From Eukaryota sp. TZLM1-RC (Eukaryota; Protista; Metamonada: BaSk clade): DNA of 64,000 nt. Numbering within the stretch: the first letter of the stretch is position 1; each line of letters opens with the position of its first letter. Below the pieces are notes generated by a model. It worked only from the letters and a program-made list of their open reading frames with translations. It did no database searches and had not been told where the DNA came from. Positions 10,957-24,474 of the stretch are shown here, one piece after another. The DNA is taken from positions 310,001 through 374,000 of the forward strand of contig JAUPSS010000002.1 of assembly GCA_040285825.1 (NCBI GenBank). The letters run 5' to 3'. The translations under genes were made by a program, and so were the position numbers.

Positions 10957-13900
10957 ATAATTATTGTGCGTCACAGGCACACCAAACAGCAAACAGCAAC
11001 AGCGCTGTAAACGACAAAAAGATGTCTGGGGTATGTCAGACATCTTTCAGACGAGACCCTTCTAACCCTCCTCTTCACATTATTTCGAGTACAATGAGTG
11101 CTCCAACAAAGGAACCGAGTACCCCTCCTTCCTCAACGAGTTCGGATGTAGTTCATCCCACTCCTGGTCAAACGAGTTCGAGTGTTTCACACTCCACTCA
11201 TGAAACGTTGAGTTCGGGTGCAACCCACCCCACTCCAAACATAGGCGAGAGTTCGAGTATTTCACACTCCACTCATGGAACGACGAGTTCGGGTGCAACT
11301 CACCTCACTCCACATTTATTTAGTTCGGGTCAACACCCCACTATCATTCATGCGAGCGGAGATCCTCGACTCCCTCCTCCAAATCCGAATTCGGGTCAAA
11401 ACCCCACTCCTAATCTAACTCTTCTGGAGGTAATCCCTCCCAACAACAACGCCCATTCAACGGCTACCACAGCCTTGACTACGGCCAAAGTCTCGCAGGA
11501 CAAACCTCCTGCCACTAGCCCAGAGTTAGAGGCGCTTCTCGCCACTTTCTCAAAAGAAGAAAGTGAGAAACAGGAGCCAACAGACTTTGTGGAGTCTCTC
11601 CCTTCAGATACGTCCCTGTACCCAGACTTAGAAAACTGTGTTTCGGTACAAACCTTAAACGAGACTTTAGAAGGATTCAGGGAAGTTCCTCTCACCTCAC
11701 AAGTCCGTAAAAACTCTATAGAGCTTCTTGACAAAGAGAGCAAGGAGTTGACGGGTAGACCTGCTGAACGCAGAATACGACTATCCCCACTAGACTCCTC
11801 TTATAAATCCATCATGTCCAAGCCTCGCGCTGACAGATTCGATTTTATCGGAAAAAAGGCCACCCTCGACATATATAACTTTAGAATACGGTGGTTGGAG
11901 GTCATGGAGTATGGTCGAGACTTCTCCGACAATTTGGATGGACCTGAGAACATACACCGTCTCCCAGACTGGTTTAGGCCAGGTCTGGACAAAATTTATG
12001 AAGTCAACAGCATATCTGGAATGGATTATACGGTAGTAAGAGAGGTTTACGAATACTACCCATCATCGTCATCAAACCCTGATCTCGTTGAGATGAGACC
12101 CGCATCTCAGCCGTTCAGGCTAATTTTCGTCGAACAAGGAGTCACCTTGAAACGAGATCATGCCAACATGAAAACGGTAGTCATCTCCACCTATAGGTCT
12201 CCCCCCAATCACCACAATGTACAAATTGGGGACACTTGGGTAAATAACAAGGCTTTCGCCTTCACCCCAATACTAGGTATAGAGGATACGCCTTTTCAAA
12301 GCATTAGACCTTTCAGGCCATCCATTCAGCTCAATATTCAAGAGGAATCGAAACCTCTTCAAAAACTACAAATTGACCAGCTACCGCAGCCTGGTAATCA
12401 GGACATTTCCATGGACGTCCTCACTATTCAACCATCGGACTCATCTGTCCCAATGGAAGAATCGACCTCACATCAAACAGGTCCTGGATTGAGCAGACAA
12501 GATCTCTTCTCATCTCGATCAGGAACATTAGCCGGAATCCATGATCCACGTCAAGTTCTTGACTTAAACCTACAATCTCACGTTGGATACCACTATAAAA
12601 CAAAGGCTGTAGAACGGAATACGCTCCATGAGCCCCCCAGACTCGAGTTTCCAGAAACTCAAATGAAAATAGTACACTTTCTACTGGAATTTGCTCTCTG
12701 GGACAGTACAGGCAGAGGAGGAACGACAAATGTCGAGAAAATAGAAATGCCTCAAACAAGTTCAGTTCAGCAGCAGAAACAAATTGCTGATATGGTCAAC
12801 AGTCTATCTCAGTTACTAGCAATACAAGGAGGTGCTACAACTGAGATACAACAGCAAATGGATTCATTAAAGTCTCAGCTTGACTCGCTTCGGACGCCCA
12901 AAATTTACAGAATAGACCCCAATTTCATTAACAAAATAGGGCCACCTATTCATGCTTACGACCTTTTTAGGTCCATTTTGGCGACGACCAACCCCCTGGG
13001 AATTTCGGGTTGCATCAGTGCAAGAATCATTTCCTTCTGGAAACAACAACAGATCCTTAGCATGGAACCTACAGACGCAGAAATTCTACTGCTTCTTTGT
13101 AGGAGGAGCCAATTCAACTCGCTCCACGATGCCAAACTAGCTCTCCACAAACCCCAATTCAATTGGCGTAAAGTCAATTCAATCGAAGACGCGGAAAGGG
13201 AGTTTGCTATATACATGGAAAATTTTGGAGACATCCTGAGAATGTCTACATACATCACTGATGTATCAGCTAGGATCGAAGATGTGGATCACTCGAGTAG
13301 AGTATTCACTCTTCCAATGTCAACAGTGGCTCATGCCTTTTTAACAGGCATCAACAACTTGGCTTTCACTGAGCCCCTGTTCGAAGAATTCTGTAAAGAG
13401 AGCTATTGGAAGGACAAGCTAGTGAGCTTCCCCAAATTAACAAGGAAGGTGCGAAATGATTTATTATCATGGATGAAGGTTGCGCAAAATAAGGAAACGG
13501 TCCAGCTATTGAGGAAAGCTGCATCCAGACTCAAAATAAAAACAGGTGATTTTCACACCTGAGCCGGGAAAAAGAGAACAAGCCAACCAGATTCATTCAC
13601 CCCCAACCTTAAAAAAGAAAAACATTACAGAGGAGGCCAAAAGTTCTGTACTTTTTGTCAGAAACCAGGCCATGTAATTGCAGAATGTGAAGATCCCGGG
13701 TGCACCAGATCTCTAGTTCCACTAGATCAACGAAGAAGCTCCGGCAGAAGTAGAGGCCGAGGAAGACCATTCAGAGGTAGTTATGATAGTTTCAAAAATA
13801 TTCATAGAGGCCATAGTAGAGGCCAAGGTAGACATAGGGGCCGAAGTGGCCGTGGTACGAGAGGAAATAAACATCGTGCATATATGTTTCATATACACCA

Positions 13901-14172
13901 ATCATCGCACGCTTCAGCTCCCGAATTGAGCCATACTTATACAACTAGCCAATCGGAACATTCAGCTCAAGCATCCCTCTTAAATCCACTCTCTTTCGGT
14001 AATGATAATAAAGTAGATAAATATTTGAGTTTAAACAGTTTAGAAAGAGATTTATACAATCGAGCAGATGAATCTGCACCTTGTATGAACCACAACAGAT
14101 CCAAGCAGCCTCAGTTCCTAGAGCTTCAGGTTAGAATCAACGATACGGTCATCAAAGGCATGATAGACACAG
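10941..14172 (+). mobile_element. Ty3/gypsy-like family A: very long gag-protease frame, truncated in the protease
   Basis: The 873-codon ORF continues in frame past TGA 13560-13562 into CCHC knuckle CTFCQKPGHVIAEC, an RG-rich tract and aspartic protease start INDTVIKGMIDTA. Confidence 0.8.
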
Positions 14173-15727
14173 CTACATTGGGTTTAAAATAAAACTACAA
14201 GGATCAGAATCACAACTTGAAGAGGAGTCGCGGAGGTTTCCTCGATAATGGTGTCTTCCTCAAGAGCAGCTTGAATGTCTTGAATAATGGAGTTTACTTG
14301 CTTGGGTTCAGCGGCTTTCTCGTGAACAACTTGATTCACGGAACTTCGGAAATTATGCTTTCTATGGATGGTAGGGCTGTTCCCATACTTACGGGGTGCT
14401 TTGCTGACCTTGCAACCTGGCTTTGGACAGTACTTGACCATATGGCCGCGTTCCATACAATAAAATCAGGTAACGGCAGAAAGGGACTTGTGAGGAGAAA
14501 AGTATTTCGTGGCGGATCTAGGAGGTTATGAGGAAACAGCTTGCTTGTTAGGGGAAGACTTATGGACGGGAGTGGACTGGGACTGGCGAGGAGTTGAACA
14601 AGTGGACTGGGATCTGCGAGAGGGTTGAGAGCGAGTAGGAGGAGGAGCTTAATTATGAAAAATGTAGTAAGCGGAATACGGAAGATGATAAGAGGGAAGG
14701 AGCTCACGGAGGCGGGAGACTACTCCGGAGAAACTATCGATCAAACCCGTGTCTACGTCGGAGCGGATAACAAAACGGAGCTTGTCTGGGCGGATACCGT
14801 TGATGAAAAACTTCATCTTGTCAAGTTCAGGGAGAGTTGAAGAGCAGGAACGGATATGTTTTAAAAATTGGGAGATGTAGGAGGCAATAGCTGCAGAGGA
14901 GGTGGGAGAGAAAAGGTTCATTCGGATATTGTGAAATTTCTAATAGGTTACGGCAGGATCTTCGTTTTGACAGAACGAGAGTAGATGAGAGAGTACAGCA
15001 GAGGGGTCACGGGGGTCCACACCTTCAAGAATCTCAAACGTTTTTATAACATTTGGTGAAATGGTAAAGAGAACGTGAGGAAGCATGGCTAGGTGGAGAT
15101 GCTCTTCGGAGGTGATTTGTCTTAGCTGGTAAAACTGTAGGTTGGAACTGGCAGGGCAGGATTCTTCGTTGTCGGAACAGTCAGAAGGTTGAGTCAATTT
15201 AGAGAAGTTTCGGAGGGGAGATGACTCAGTTTTTTTGCGGAGGACAGTGGTGGGTTCAGAGAAACTTCCAAAAAAATTATCAAATTCCGAGTTGGTGGAA
15301 AGTCTTGATCTCAGCTCAGCTATCTCCTTCTGGAGCGACACTTCAGGAGAGCGTTCGGCGGGACGGGAGGAGGACGATGGGGCGCAGGAGCTGCTGGAAG
15401 TCTGGTCGTTAGTGGAAGACGAATATCTTGTCATGTCTGTCATGACGTGATTAGACATACGTGAAGCACCAGTATGTTCCAGATATGGGGCGACAAAGGA
15501 TACGCCAGCGGAGGCAGAGATAGAAGTGGATTCTCTCGAGTCCCCAGTAATTACTGTTGGCTTCAGTGCACGGTTTTTCATGAAACTAAAATTAAATAAC
15601 GGAGTTTATGGAGCGGAGATGAGAAAATCAAACTAAATAAAAACAAAAAGTAATTTAAAGTACAGATGACGTAATGCGTCACGTCATACTTTCCAAAACG
15701 GGAAGGTGGAGTTTAGCCTAGCTAACA
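14173..15727 (-). mobile_element. LTR retrotransposon family F: 5' LTR (15555-15727) plus decayed gag
   Basis: TGTTAG...GCCAACA LTR resembling 63240-63391. Gag fragments include KMKFFINGIRP and CCHC CMERGHMVKYC. Confidence 0.75.
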
Positions 15728-18700
15728 GTGGGATACCAAAAATTGATACTACACTCCATAGGAGGTGATTGATTGCCTCCACTGCATTCAATTCCTTTAC
15801 AGGGCAAATGATCGTATATCTAGTGAACGAATCTACAAAAACTATTAAATATTTGAATCCATTATCATCTTGTTGTAATGGTCCAATAGTGTCTGCGTTT
15901 AGTCGTGCAAAAAATCGATCACCCAAAGAGAGCCAGATGATTCAATGACCTTTTGAGGCACATGTGCCGTCTTTTGACATGCTGGGCATCTTTTAATATG
16001 ATTAATCATGTCTTTGCGCATGTCAGGCCAAAAGTAATCACTGTTGAGTAATTTCTTTACGCTAGTCGTCACACTAGGATGGCCAACATTAGCATGTCCA
16101 TGAATGATGGTTAAAGTCTGCTTCTTTAAACTATCTGGGATAACAATCTTCCCACGATTGTTGGTATACATTTGAATATCATAATTATATTTGTAATCTT
16201 TATAATAATCAGGTTTTGGATCAACATCTATGAGTTGTTCTTGCCTAATCTTTGAGATCCAAGTGTCAAATAAATCAAGTTTAGTATCCTCAACAGCTTC
16301 TTTTAATGCAGATAAGCTATTGATCGTGGGTAGCTCAATTGTGGACGGTTGAGTAATATCATCCCTTAACAAATTAACTCTAGTTAATTTAAATAGGGCT
16401 ATTGTTCTTCAACTCTGTGAGGTGCCAAGTTCCTCACTTGTTGGACTCGAGGGGTTTTGGGTTTAATATCAACCAATCTAGACATCATGTCTGCCCAATA
16501 ATTCTCCTCGCCTGCAGTGTGAACTACATCAAAATTGAATTCTGACAATATTGGTAGCCACCTCTTTACAATTTTGTTCTTTTCAGGAGCTGATATGAGG
16601 TAGGCTAAGTTTCTATGATCAGTGAATATAGTTAATTTCCTCAAAATTAAATAATTTTCTAAACTACTGTCAGTGAGAATCAGTAAAATTGCATACAACT
16701 CTTTCTGAAGTACAGACCAATTCTTTTGTGAAGTTGAATATAATCTGCTAAAGAAGGCAATAGGTACAACCTTTCTCTTAATTAGCGGTGTCGTAGGATC
16801 TTGAGGTGGGTTAGGGTTGCCATATTACCCCACCTACAGCCACATCGGACGCGTCAGCACTAATTAAAATATGCTTGTCTTCTGAGGGCAATTCAAGAGG
16901 GATATTTGCCTTAATTAGATTTATAATCTTGTCAAAAGCCTCGTCATGATCAGAAGTCCACTTGATTTTTGACGGTTTGTTTCTGGTTAATTTGTTGATT
17001 GGTTCTATCAAATCAGACAAATTTGGCAACCAGTCACGTATATAGTTGATCGAACCTATAAAACTCCCAACTTCAGGTAATGTCCTGGCTTTGGGTAGGT
17101 TGATCAGTCCCTCAATCCTAGATTCATCTATATAACGGGTGTTGTTTACAGAAATACTACCTAGAATTGTTATTTCATGTTTGCAAGTGGTGAAGCTACA
17201 CTTGGGTAGGCCCAGGTTAACTCTAAAACATTTGGCGCGTTCTAGGACCGTACCTACTCTTGATAGTAATTCATCCAAGGTTGAAGCTACTATTATAATA
17301 TCATCGATATATATAAATACACCTTCGGAATCAAATATTTCCATCATCATGTTTTGGAAGACTGCAGGAACGTTCTTCAAACCAAAACAAGCCCTTTTAA
17401 AACTGATCGACATCCCGGGAATTGATACGGTAGTTTATTCAATATCCCCTTTTGCTATTTTGAGCTGCCAAAATGCCTTAGATAAATATAGAGTTGCCAT
17501 ATAATTACTAATTATAGCCATTCATTAATGATAGAGTTGCTATATAATTAGCTTTACTTAGAAACTCCAAACTGTCGCTAATCCTGGGCAAATTTGCCTC
17601 TACAGGTTTAGTTAAATCATTTACTCCACCAATACCACTAAAATCGCCAGTTAATCGTGGTTTCCTGAGATCAAGGTAAATCACAAGACAGATGGGACTA
17701 CTGAATTGAGATTTTGCGGGCATAGCAAATCCATTACGGATCAATTCGTTAAAAATTTCCTCGGCTACCCGTTGTTTTTCTGGGTTTAATCTTCGAGGTT
17801 TCCTTTTGACGACCTTACTTTTGTCATAAAATGGAATAGTCATCGGCTGACAATCAATTCCATCCGGGTGAGGTAGCCCAATAAATACATTTCTGTATTT
17901 TTCGAGAAGCACGACTAAACGTTCCTCGTCCCTAATGTTATCCAGGCATATTCTACAGCCCAACTCATCTAAATCATGTCTAAATGTGGAATGTCCAAAA
18001 TCATTACCTAAGTCTGATTTATTACTCAATTGTTCTATGAATCTAATTGGTTGACAAATTCTATTATCAAACTCACATTCGTTTAAGATAGTGCGGTGTT
18101 CGAGATCCAAATTAATATTAAAACATTGCTCCGTGCGTAGCCCCAAGGTTTGTAGTAAGTCTCTTCCGATCAAAATATTATTTGTACCAGGAATGATCTG
18201 GAGTCCGATCCTTAAAAACACTTGAGTGGCCAAGCTACCCACATTTAGAGCAAGAACACCACTTGCACATCCCAGGGTCGTGGAGCGAATACCATTTGCC
18301 GATAGGTATTCGACAGTCTTATTGTCATTAACTGTCATATTACATTTAGAGGCTAAATTCATTGATAATGCTGAGAATGCAGCTCCATTATCAATTTCCT
18401 CTTGTACTTCCACGTTATTTATAGTGCAAGATAACCAGAGTTCCCCGTTAGAACTTTCTTGGTTATTTGCTACCCTGAACAGTCTAACACTGTGGATAAA
18501 ACCCACAGGATTGGAAGACTCTCTAAATCTTTTCAATGGATTTAGGTATTTATTATTCGAATCAATTTCGCTCATTTTATAAATGGTGTTGATTGAATTA
18601 TTTGTAAGGTTATTATTCAAAGATGTGTATTCATTTGATTTATTACTACTACGTTTTCTATCACGTTTTTCACCTCCTTGACGCTTTTTAGAACCTGGTC

Positions 18701-21431
18701 TTCCCACTATTTCAAAACATTTCTTTTCAGGATGTTTATTGGTTTTGCATAAGCTACACCATTGCTCTGAAGGGTTGGGTCGACTGCTTACTCTAGGGTT
18801 GTTGAAAGGACCTTTTGACTGGCTTCGTCCTTTTTGCACAGGAGTGTGAGCACCGAAAGCTGTTCTAATCAAGTTAATGTCTTTGATTGAGGATTCAAGG
18901 CTATTGACCTTATTAACAAAAGCGTTACCTAAATCGTAAATCGCATCGCCCAGTTTTTCATTACTCGAATTAAACTTGCCAATCCAAATGATGTATGTGT
19001 CCATCAATTGGTTGTTTGTTTTATTGTTAATAGTTTCGAAAAATCTCTTTGCTGGGTAAACAACTTACGGATTACCATCCGTTCCGGGCATAATTGTAAA
19101 GCGTCTAATTATATATATGATCTGCTTTATGAAAGCTGTCTATGAAGATTCAGCGCTCATTCTGCGAGTAATTTCAGGTGGTCTTACAGACCTCAAAACT
19201 TTCTCAACATCGGTAGGGTATTTGTACTGGGTGCTAAGTAGCAAATATTCCCAGATCTCGGCATCAGATGGGTTGTTGCCTAACACGTTTGTTCGGCCTC
19301 CATAGAAACTTTGCCATTCTACGATGACTTTACCCTCGATTATAAATCTCAAATGCAAAGGGTCAACTTCGAAAAACATGGATCTAACGAAGTCGTACTG
19401 ATGAACAGGTTGATCGTATTTGGAGATCGGCGTGAATGCTCTGGTGAGTCCATCGCGATCCCTAACCGTTTTTGCCCAATTGCCAAAGTTAAGAACGAAG
19501 TCGAAGATCTTCTTGGCGTCAAACGCTTCATTTAACTTAACTAGACATCTGAGTTTGTCGTCTATTCTTTTCCTCAATTTCTCCTCGCTTGTTACAGGTG
19601 TTCTATAAATACCGAGGGTGTCGACGAGAAAATCTTTAGGAGCATTCGTTTCTATGGGTTGCGTGGGTATAGATGGTTTTATAATAAATGCTTGTGTAGG
19701 AGTTGCTTCACAAGAAGCTCTCCTAGATGCCAGAGGCCCTACAGAAGGTGTACTAAATATGTTCTTATTTCTCTCTTCTGAAGGCAATGTTTCGCCCAAC
19801 TTTATGATAAATCTTGTCTTAGGATGTTCCTCCTGCACAGGTACAGTCTGGGCTAATGGCCTTAAGTCCATTCAATCTGGTGCATCTTTAGATCCTCTAG
19901 GGATCCCTGCTAATTTATGATCATATGGAAGGCAACTGCTTTTTATTAAGACGTTCTCAAAAACATTTTGGTCGGGCCAGCTATCAACCCATGCCTTTAG
20001 TTTTGCCATCCATGCATCAGGATAAACTAATTTTAACTTGTTAGGGCCAACACGTTGCTCTTTCAATTCGATTACCCTGGTGCCTATTTCTCTAATGTAG
20101 GACTCTTTGGCATGAAATTGAAGGGTGTCGCCTCGAGATTCATCGAATCTGCCCCCAAGCATAAGTAAGATGTCCGCAAAGGAATCTTTTGGGTGTACGT
20201 TCTCCACTAGGAAATGCCTTATGACGCCTTTAAGGTTTCTACCCTGTTGATTATGAGGATATATTTTAGCTATGCAAAATAACCTGTCGTAAGCTTCTTG
20301 ATTTCCACTGAAATATATTTTGTGGTCATCAATCGCATTTCTATACTATTTGGCAGGCCTGGGAGTAGCAGCTTGATACTGTGAACGAGGAGCACTAAAA
20401 TAGCAATTTTCAACTGCACTCATCCCACACGAGACTGCTGAATCAGTTAGATCATCCAATCTTTTCAAAAGATTTGGACTCTGATCATAACTCTCGTAGA
20501 CGACATCTTCAAGTGTTTTGCCGTGGGATTTCCCAAAGAGAAAGGGCCAACGTTTCGCTAAATAGTCACGTCTGACCTTCTCACATTCGGCTGGGTCTAC
20601 GTCTCCCGAGAGGTGTTTTGACTCATTTTCAGGTATTTTTAGTAATTTATCATCACTCCAATCCATTACATCTTCAGGAGGATTGGCGATGAGATCCAAT
20701 AGGAAATCTCTAGTTACAGCCTCAACTGCCATTGCTAGTTTCCTTCGGTAAAGACCTTGAGAAGTCCTTTCCGTAGATGGAAAACTTGGAGTTGGATTAG
20801 AAGGATTGGGTGTATGAGGTGGTTCATCATCGCTCTCATCCCCTCTTCTGCAGTTGTCCAGATTATGAGATCCTCTGGAATCACCTTGTGGTTTCTCACT
20901 TGAGCTGGTGTCAGAAGTGGGTGAAAAGAGAGTTTTACTTGAAGAACCAGTCGTAGACTGTGGCTCGCCATCACCTCCTTCACCTTCTGTACAAACGTTA
21001 GAATTGTTAGTTATTGCTAACGCTTAGAATTTCTTTTGCTCGCTTGGAGTAAGAGAACTCTCCCTAGAAGGAAGGAGCTCCGAGGAGTTATTAGGGTATG
21101 TGTACAGTTCTGTCACATCAACAACGTGATTACCACTCTCCTTATCGGGGAGGTGACTTCCTTTTTGAGAGGTAAGGCTCTCCTCAGCGGGAAGTTCACT
21201 CTCCTGAGAAGGATTACTCTTCCCGAAGGAAGGATTATTCTTCTCGAAGGAAGGATTACTTTCCTTAGCAGGAGGATTGCTGTTAATGTCCTGGCCGACT
21301 GAGCCATTAATAATGATGCTGTATGGTTAGACATATACAGAATAGAGAAGATATTTATTAAAATTTCACTGGCCCTTATAAAGGCCGTCACTGGTGAAGT
21401 CTATACTAGACCAATTGTCCACAGTACAACA
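15728..21431 (-). mobile_element. Ty3/gypsy family B, decayed: 5' LTR 21314-21431, gag, PR, RT, RH, IN (truncated)
   Basis: CSLCKTNKHPEKKC knuckle, IDNGAA protease, FGLKNVPAVFQ...YIDDII RT, DASDVAVGG and FTDHRNL RNase H, then HHCC and VDSFTRY integrase in Ty3 order. The LTR also occurs at 47700 and 62198. Confidence 0.9.
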
Positions 21432-22134
21432 GCTGCAAAAAATATTCAACTTAAGAAGAAAGCGGAATTGTGGCCGGAAAGATACATTTGCCCAGAAGCT
21501 CTGTTGAGGAGATGAATGGGGATCCTGAGCATTCTGAAACAAACTTTTTAAAAACTGATATTTTATTTTGGGTTATTTCAGAAACTAAAACTTTTGAGAC
21601 CGATCTACAAATACCTTAGTAGCATTTGGTAGATCCACTTAGATACATCAAGTCGCGAGGCTTTGTTCTGTGAAAGCAGTAGGTGTATTTAAGTGAGGTA
21701 GCCCATTGATGAAGATCATGATTGTCTTTGTCAAATGATGCTACATGTCTCTTACAGCCTGTGAGTAGACATTGAGAAAGTTGAAAACAGGAGTGAATTT
21801 CACAGGGGAATGCATGATGAGGGAAATTCACATTACGTGCTTCCGTTTCCGTTTTTACGTTTTACTTGACACGTATCGAACAGCCTTGACATCAGTCTGC
21901 GTTATGCAATTAGAATTTTTGAACACATCACAGGACATTCAATACTGTTCTATTTTAACCTAGCAGATACATAAAGTTAACCTCCTTTCTTATCTTGTGC
22001 AGTGCAGCATAGAATGGGCAATTGGTTGTAAAGAATTCTAACCCTGACTCATACTAATACATGCGAACGCGAATCTTTTCCATCACAAACTTGCTAACTC
22101 ACCTACCATCACCTATAGTTTCATTGTTTCTCTT

Positions 22135-22983
22135 ATGAAACACTCTCTCTTAACTCCCGATACTTTACATCTAGATTCGGAAGGTCGAACAGTGTTGAAG
22201 ATTGAGAACACTTCCAAAAAGATTGTTTTGTTTAGAGTTAGAACCAACAACCCTTCATATGTCTTTTCTTCTTTTTGCGATGTTATAGAGAACCAATCTA
22301 TTAAAGAGATTCAAGTTCGCCTCAAGCACACTGGTGGCTTGCATGACAAAATTAAACTCGATTATATAGACATTACAAAAAAGAAAAAGGAAGTCAAAAT
22401 TGAGACAATGAGCCGCCAAGAACTCCACTCTTGGTGTAAGAAGCTAATGACCAACTCCAAAAAACACGTTCAAAACTTGATCATTCCAATAAAAGTTCCA
22501 TCAGCGCTCAAAGTACCTACTGAGTTGGAAGTGTCAAGAACCAGTATTGTCCCTATGATTCCCTCTGTCGAAAAAAACTTCACTGAATCAGAAACGAAGA
22601 TTTACCTGCAGCAAAGATTACAACTGGTGCAAACAGAGAAACAACAACTTGAAAAAAATCTTAATGTGGTGAAGGCTAGTGTTGAGAATAACCAAGTTAG
22701 GGGTAACGCATTGTTTCAACAATTTCTTGAATTAGATGTACAAAAAGATACTTTGGCAAAGCACGCTAAAGAGCTGCTAACTTCTATAAAAACAGCTAGT
22801 GATCGAATGAGACGATCGTTGGCCAATAAGAAACGATTGACTACCGAGTACAAAAACTTGAAGATTCAACTGGAACTTTTAGACCTTAAACTTGCTCAAT
22901 TGGAGTCATCAAAGTTCACAAACTTTGTTTATAGCTCATTTGCTGCCTGTTTGGGAATTTATTGTTTGTTTCAACTTTTGTAA
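22135..22983 (+). CDS. MSP-domain, coiled-coil, tail-anchored protein (VAP/Scs2-like)
   Basis: LKIENTS...VLFRVRTNNP..Y (MSP signature), heptad-rich middle and a hydrophobic C-terminal segment. Confidence 0.65.
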   Translation: MKHSLLTPDTLHLDSEGRTVLKIENTSKKIVLFRVRTNNPSYVFSSFCDVIENQSIKEIQVRLKHTGGLHDKIKLDYIDITKKKKEVKIETMSRQELHSWCKKLMTNSKKHVQNLIIPIKVPSALKVPTELEVSRTSIVPMIPSVEKNFTESETKIYLQQRLQLVQTEKQQLEKNLNVVKASVENNQVRGNALFQQFLELDVQKDTLAKHAKELLTSIKTASDRMRRSLANKKRLTTEYKNLKIQLELLDLKLAQLESSKFTNFVYSSFAACLGIYCLFQLL

Positions 22984-23058
22984 TTTAATTGTAACTATTA
23001 ATAAATACTTATTTTTATAAACAAATAAACTAATTATGATACAACGCAAGCATGGAGA

Positions 23059-23700
23059 TCACCGTTTGAGGTCCATCTGCCTCTCCAATTCCGCCCTAAC
23101 GACCCTTAAAGCATCAGCATCCAGTTCTCGGAGAATATAACAAGCCGCTCTTACAAGGTTTTGTGTAGAACCTTCCATATCTCTCAATGGCTTCCCCTTT
23201 CGTTCAACAAGTTTATCATCCTTCTCTATTTCAACTGCCACAGGTTCGATTGATGGAGGATGAATAGAGGGAAGTTGCAGGGAAGAAGGGACTTTGAACT
23301 CAGATGCCATTTGACGTTCAGAAGGACTGACATCGCTATTATCTAGATTAGTTAATTGAGGAAGGTAATGTAAAACATAAAGTCTATAGTCCTGGACGGT
23401 GATACATGGATTAGAACACAGCCATAGGGTACGAAGATTCCCTAGTTTACGTAAATGTTGAATCTCTCTAACGTCTGAGATCTTATTGTTCCGTAGATAT
23501 AGTTCTTTTAAGCTGTTACAGTCTCCAAAGTCAATCAAGGATGTTATCTCATTAACAGACAGGCTAAGCACCTCCACATTGGGCATTTGACGAACAATAG
23601 AGATATCGCTGAGACTTTTTGCCCAAAGATTGATGTTGCGAACATCATTAAGCGAGCTACAACCTGTTGCTGAAAGCACAAGTGACTGTGAAAGGCGCAT
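23059..23700 (-). CDS. CFAP410: Cilia- and flagella-associated LRR protein CFAP410 (C21orf2)
   Basis: VRNINLWAKSLSDISIVRQMPNVEVLSLSVNEI...LKELYLRNN...LRTLWLCSNPC...LPQLTNLDN. ATG at 23700. Confidence 0.85.
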   Translation of the reverse strand: MRLSQSLVLSATGCSSLNDVRNINLWAKSLSDISIVRQMPNVEVLSLSVNEITSLIDFGDCNSLKELYLRNNKISDVREIQHLRKLGNLRTLWLCSNPCITVQDYRLYVLHYLPQLTNLDNSDVSPSERQMASEFKVPSSLQLPSIHPPSIEPVAVEIEKDDKLVERKGKPLRDMEGSTQNLVRAACYILRELDADALRVVRAELERQMDLKR

Positions 23701-24150
23701 TATAATTTTTGTGGTTTTCACTAAAAATGCATTCTTTATCCAAAATATCAATTTCCAGCACTCCAACCACATCCACTTGTTTAAACTTAACCATACGGAG
23801 ATGACCGGCTTATATCAAAATACGTTGGATTTGAAGACTCTTATTGAGGTTTTCTAAAAGCTAGGGGTCTTGTGTTCAAAAAGTACTCGCTTATTGCAAT
23901 CTTCCACTGGTTTCTCGATGCAGAGATATCTCTTGACGAAACCATCCCACTTTCTGGACATTCAAAGTAGGCTTTAAACTATTTCCTTTCTCCATTTTGA
24001 TTCTCTATTTGATTCATTTATCCCCTTGTCTTGAAACTGGACATCTGAATACTTATGATAAGCTTGTCTCTCTACTTCACACTCCTCACACTCTTTCTAC
24101 TCATCTTTGCTTCATAGAAGATGCTCTCACTTCCAACGATTACACCAACC

Positions 24151-24474
24151 CAGGCTTCTTTAAAGTTGTAAAGAACTTTAAGAACTTTACCCTACCTTAC
24201 TTTACTTTAAGGATCAAAATTATAAAGTTCCAATTTTTCAATAAGCAAAAGTATTTTTATCTGTTCAATAGGAACGGTTGGTAGGGAGGTCATTGAGCAC
24301 AAAAAGTGTTGGAAAGGTGTGAGAATATTATTGAAGAGGGAATTTAGAGAAAGGGACAAAAGGATTGAGGCAAACTTAATTGAACTTCTAACTTTAAGCT
24401 TAAAGTAAAGTGCACTAAAGTAAAGTTCTTTAAGAGCTTTAAGAAAAAATTTTCATCAACTTTAAAGAAACCTG
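24151..24474. mobile_element. hAT-type MITE, 324 bp
   Basis: 18-bp TIRs CAGG(C/T)TTCTTTAAAGTTG (17/18 identical), perfect 8-bp TSD CACCAACC (24143-24150 and 24475-24482), and subterminal inverted ACTTTA repeats. Confidence 0.9.

Noticed and set aside
11137-11345. Spaced GAGTTCG repeats resembling a CRISPR array or Pol III B-boxes
   Set aside because: They are in-frame coding repeats of Gag whose spacers resemble each other, and no cas genes or tRNA folds are present.
17488-17550. 20-bp duplication around a 23-bp insert in the family B RT, near the site where CRE inserted in another copy (possible hotspot)
   Set aside because: The positions differ, the insert is not recognisably CRE-derived, and two events are too few.
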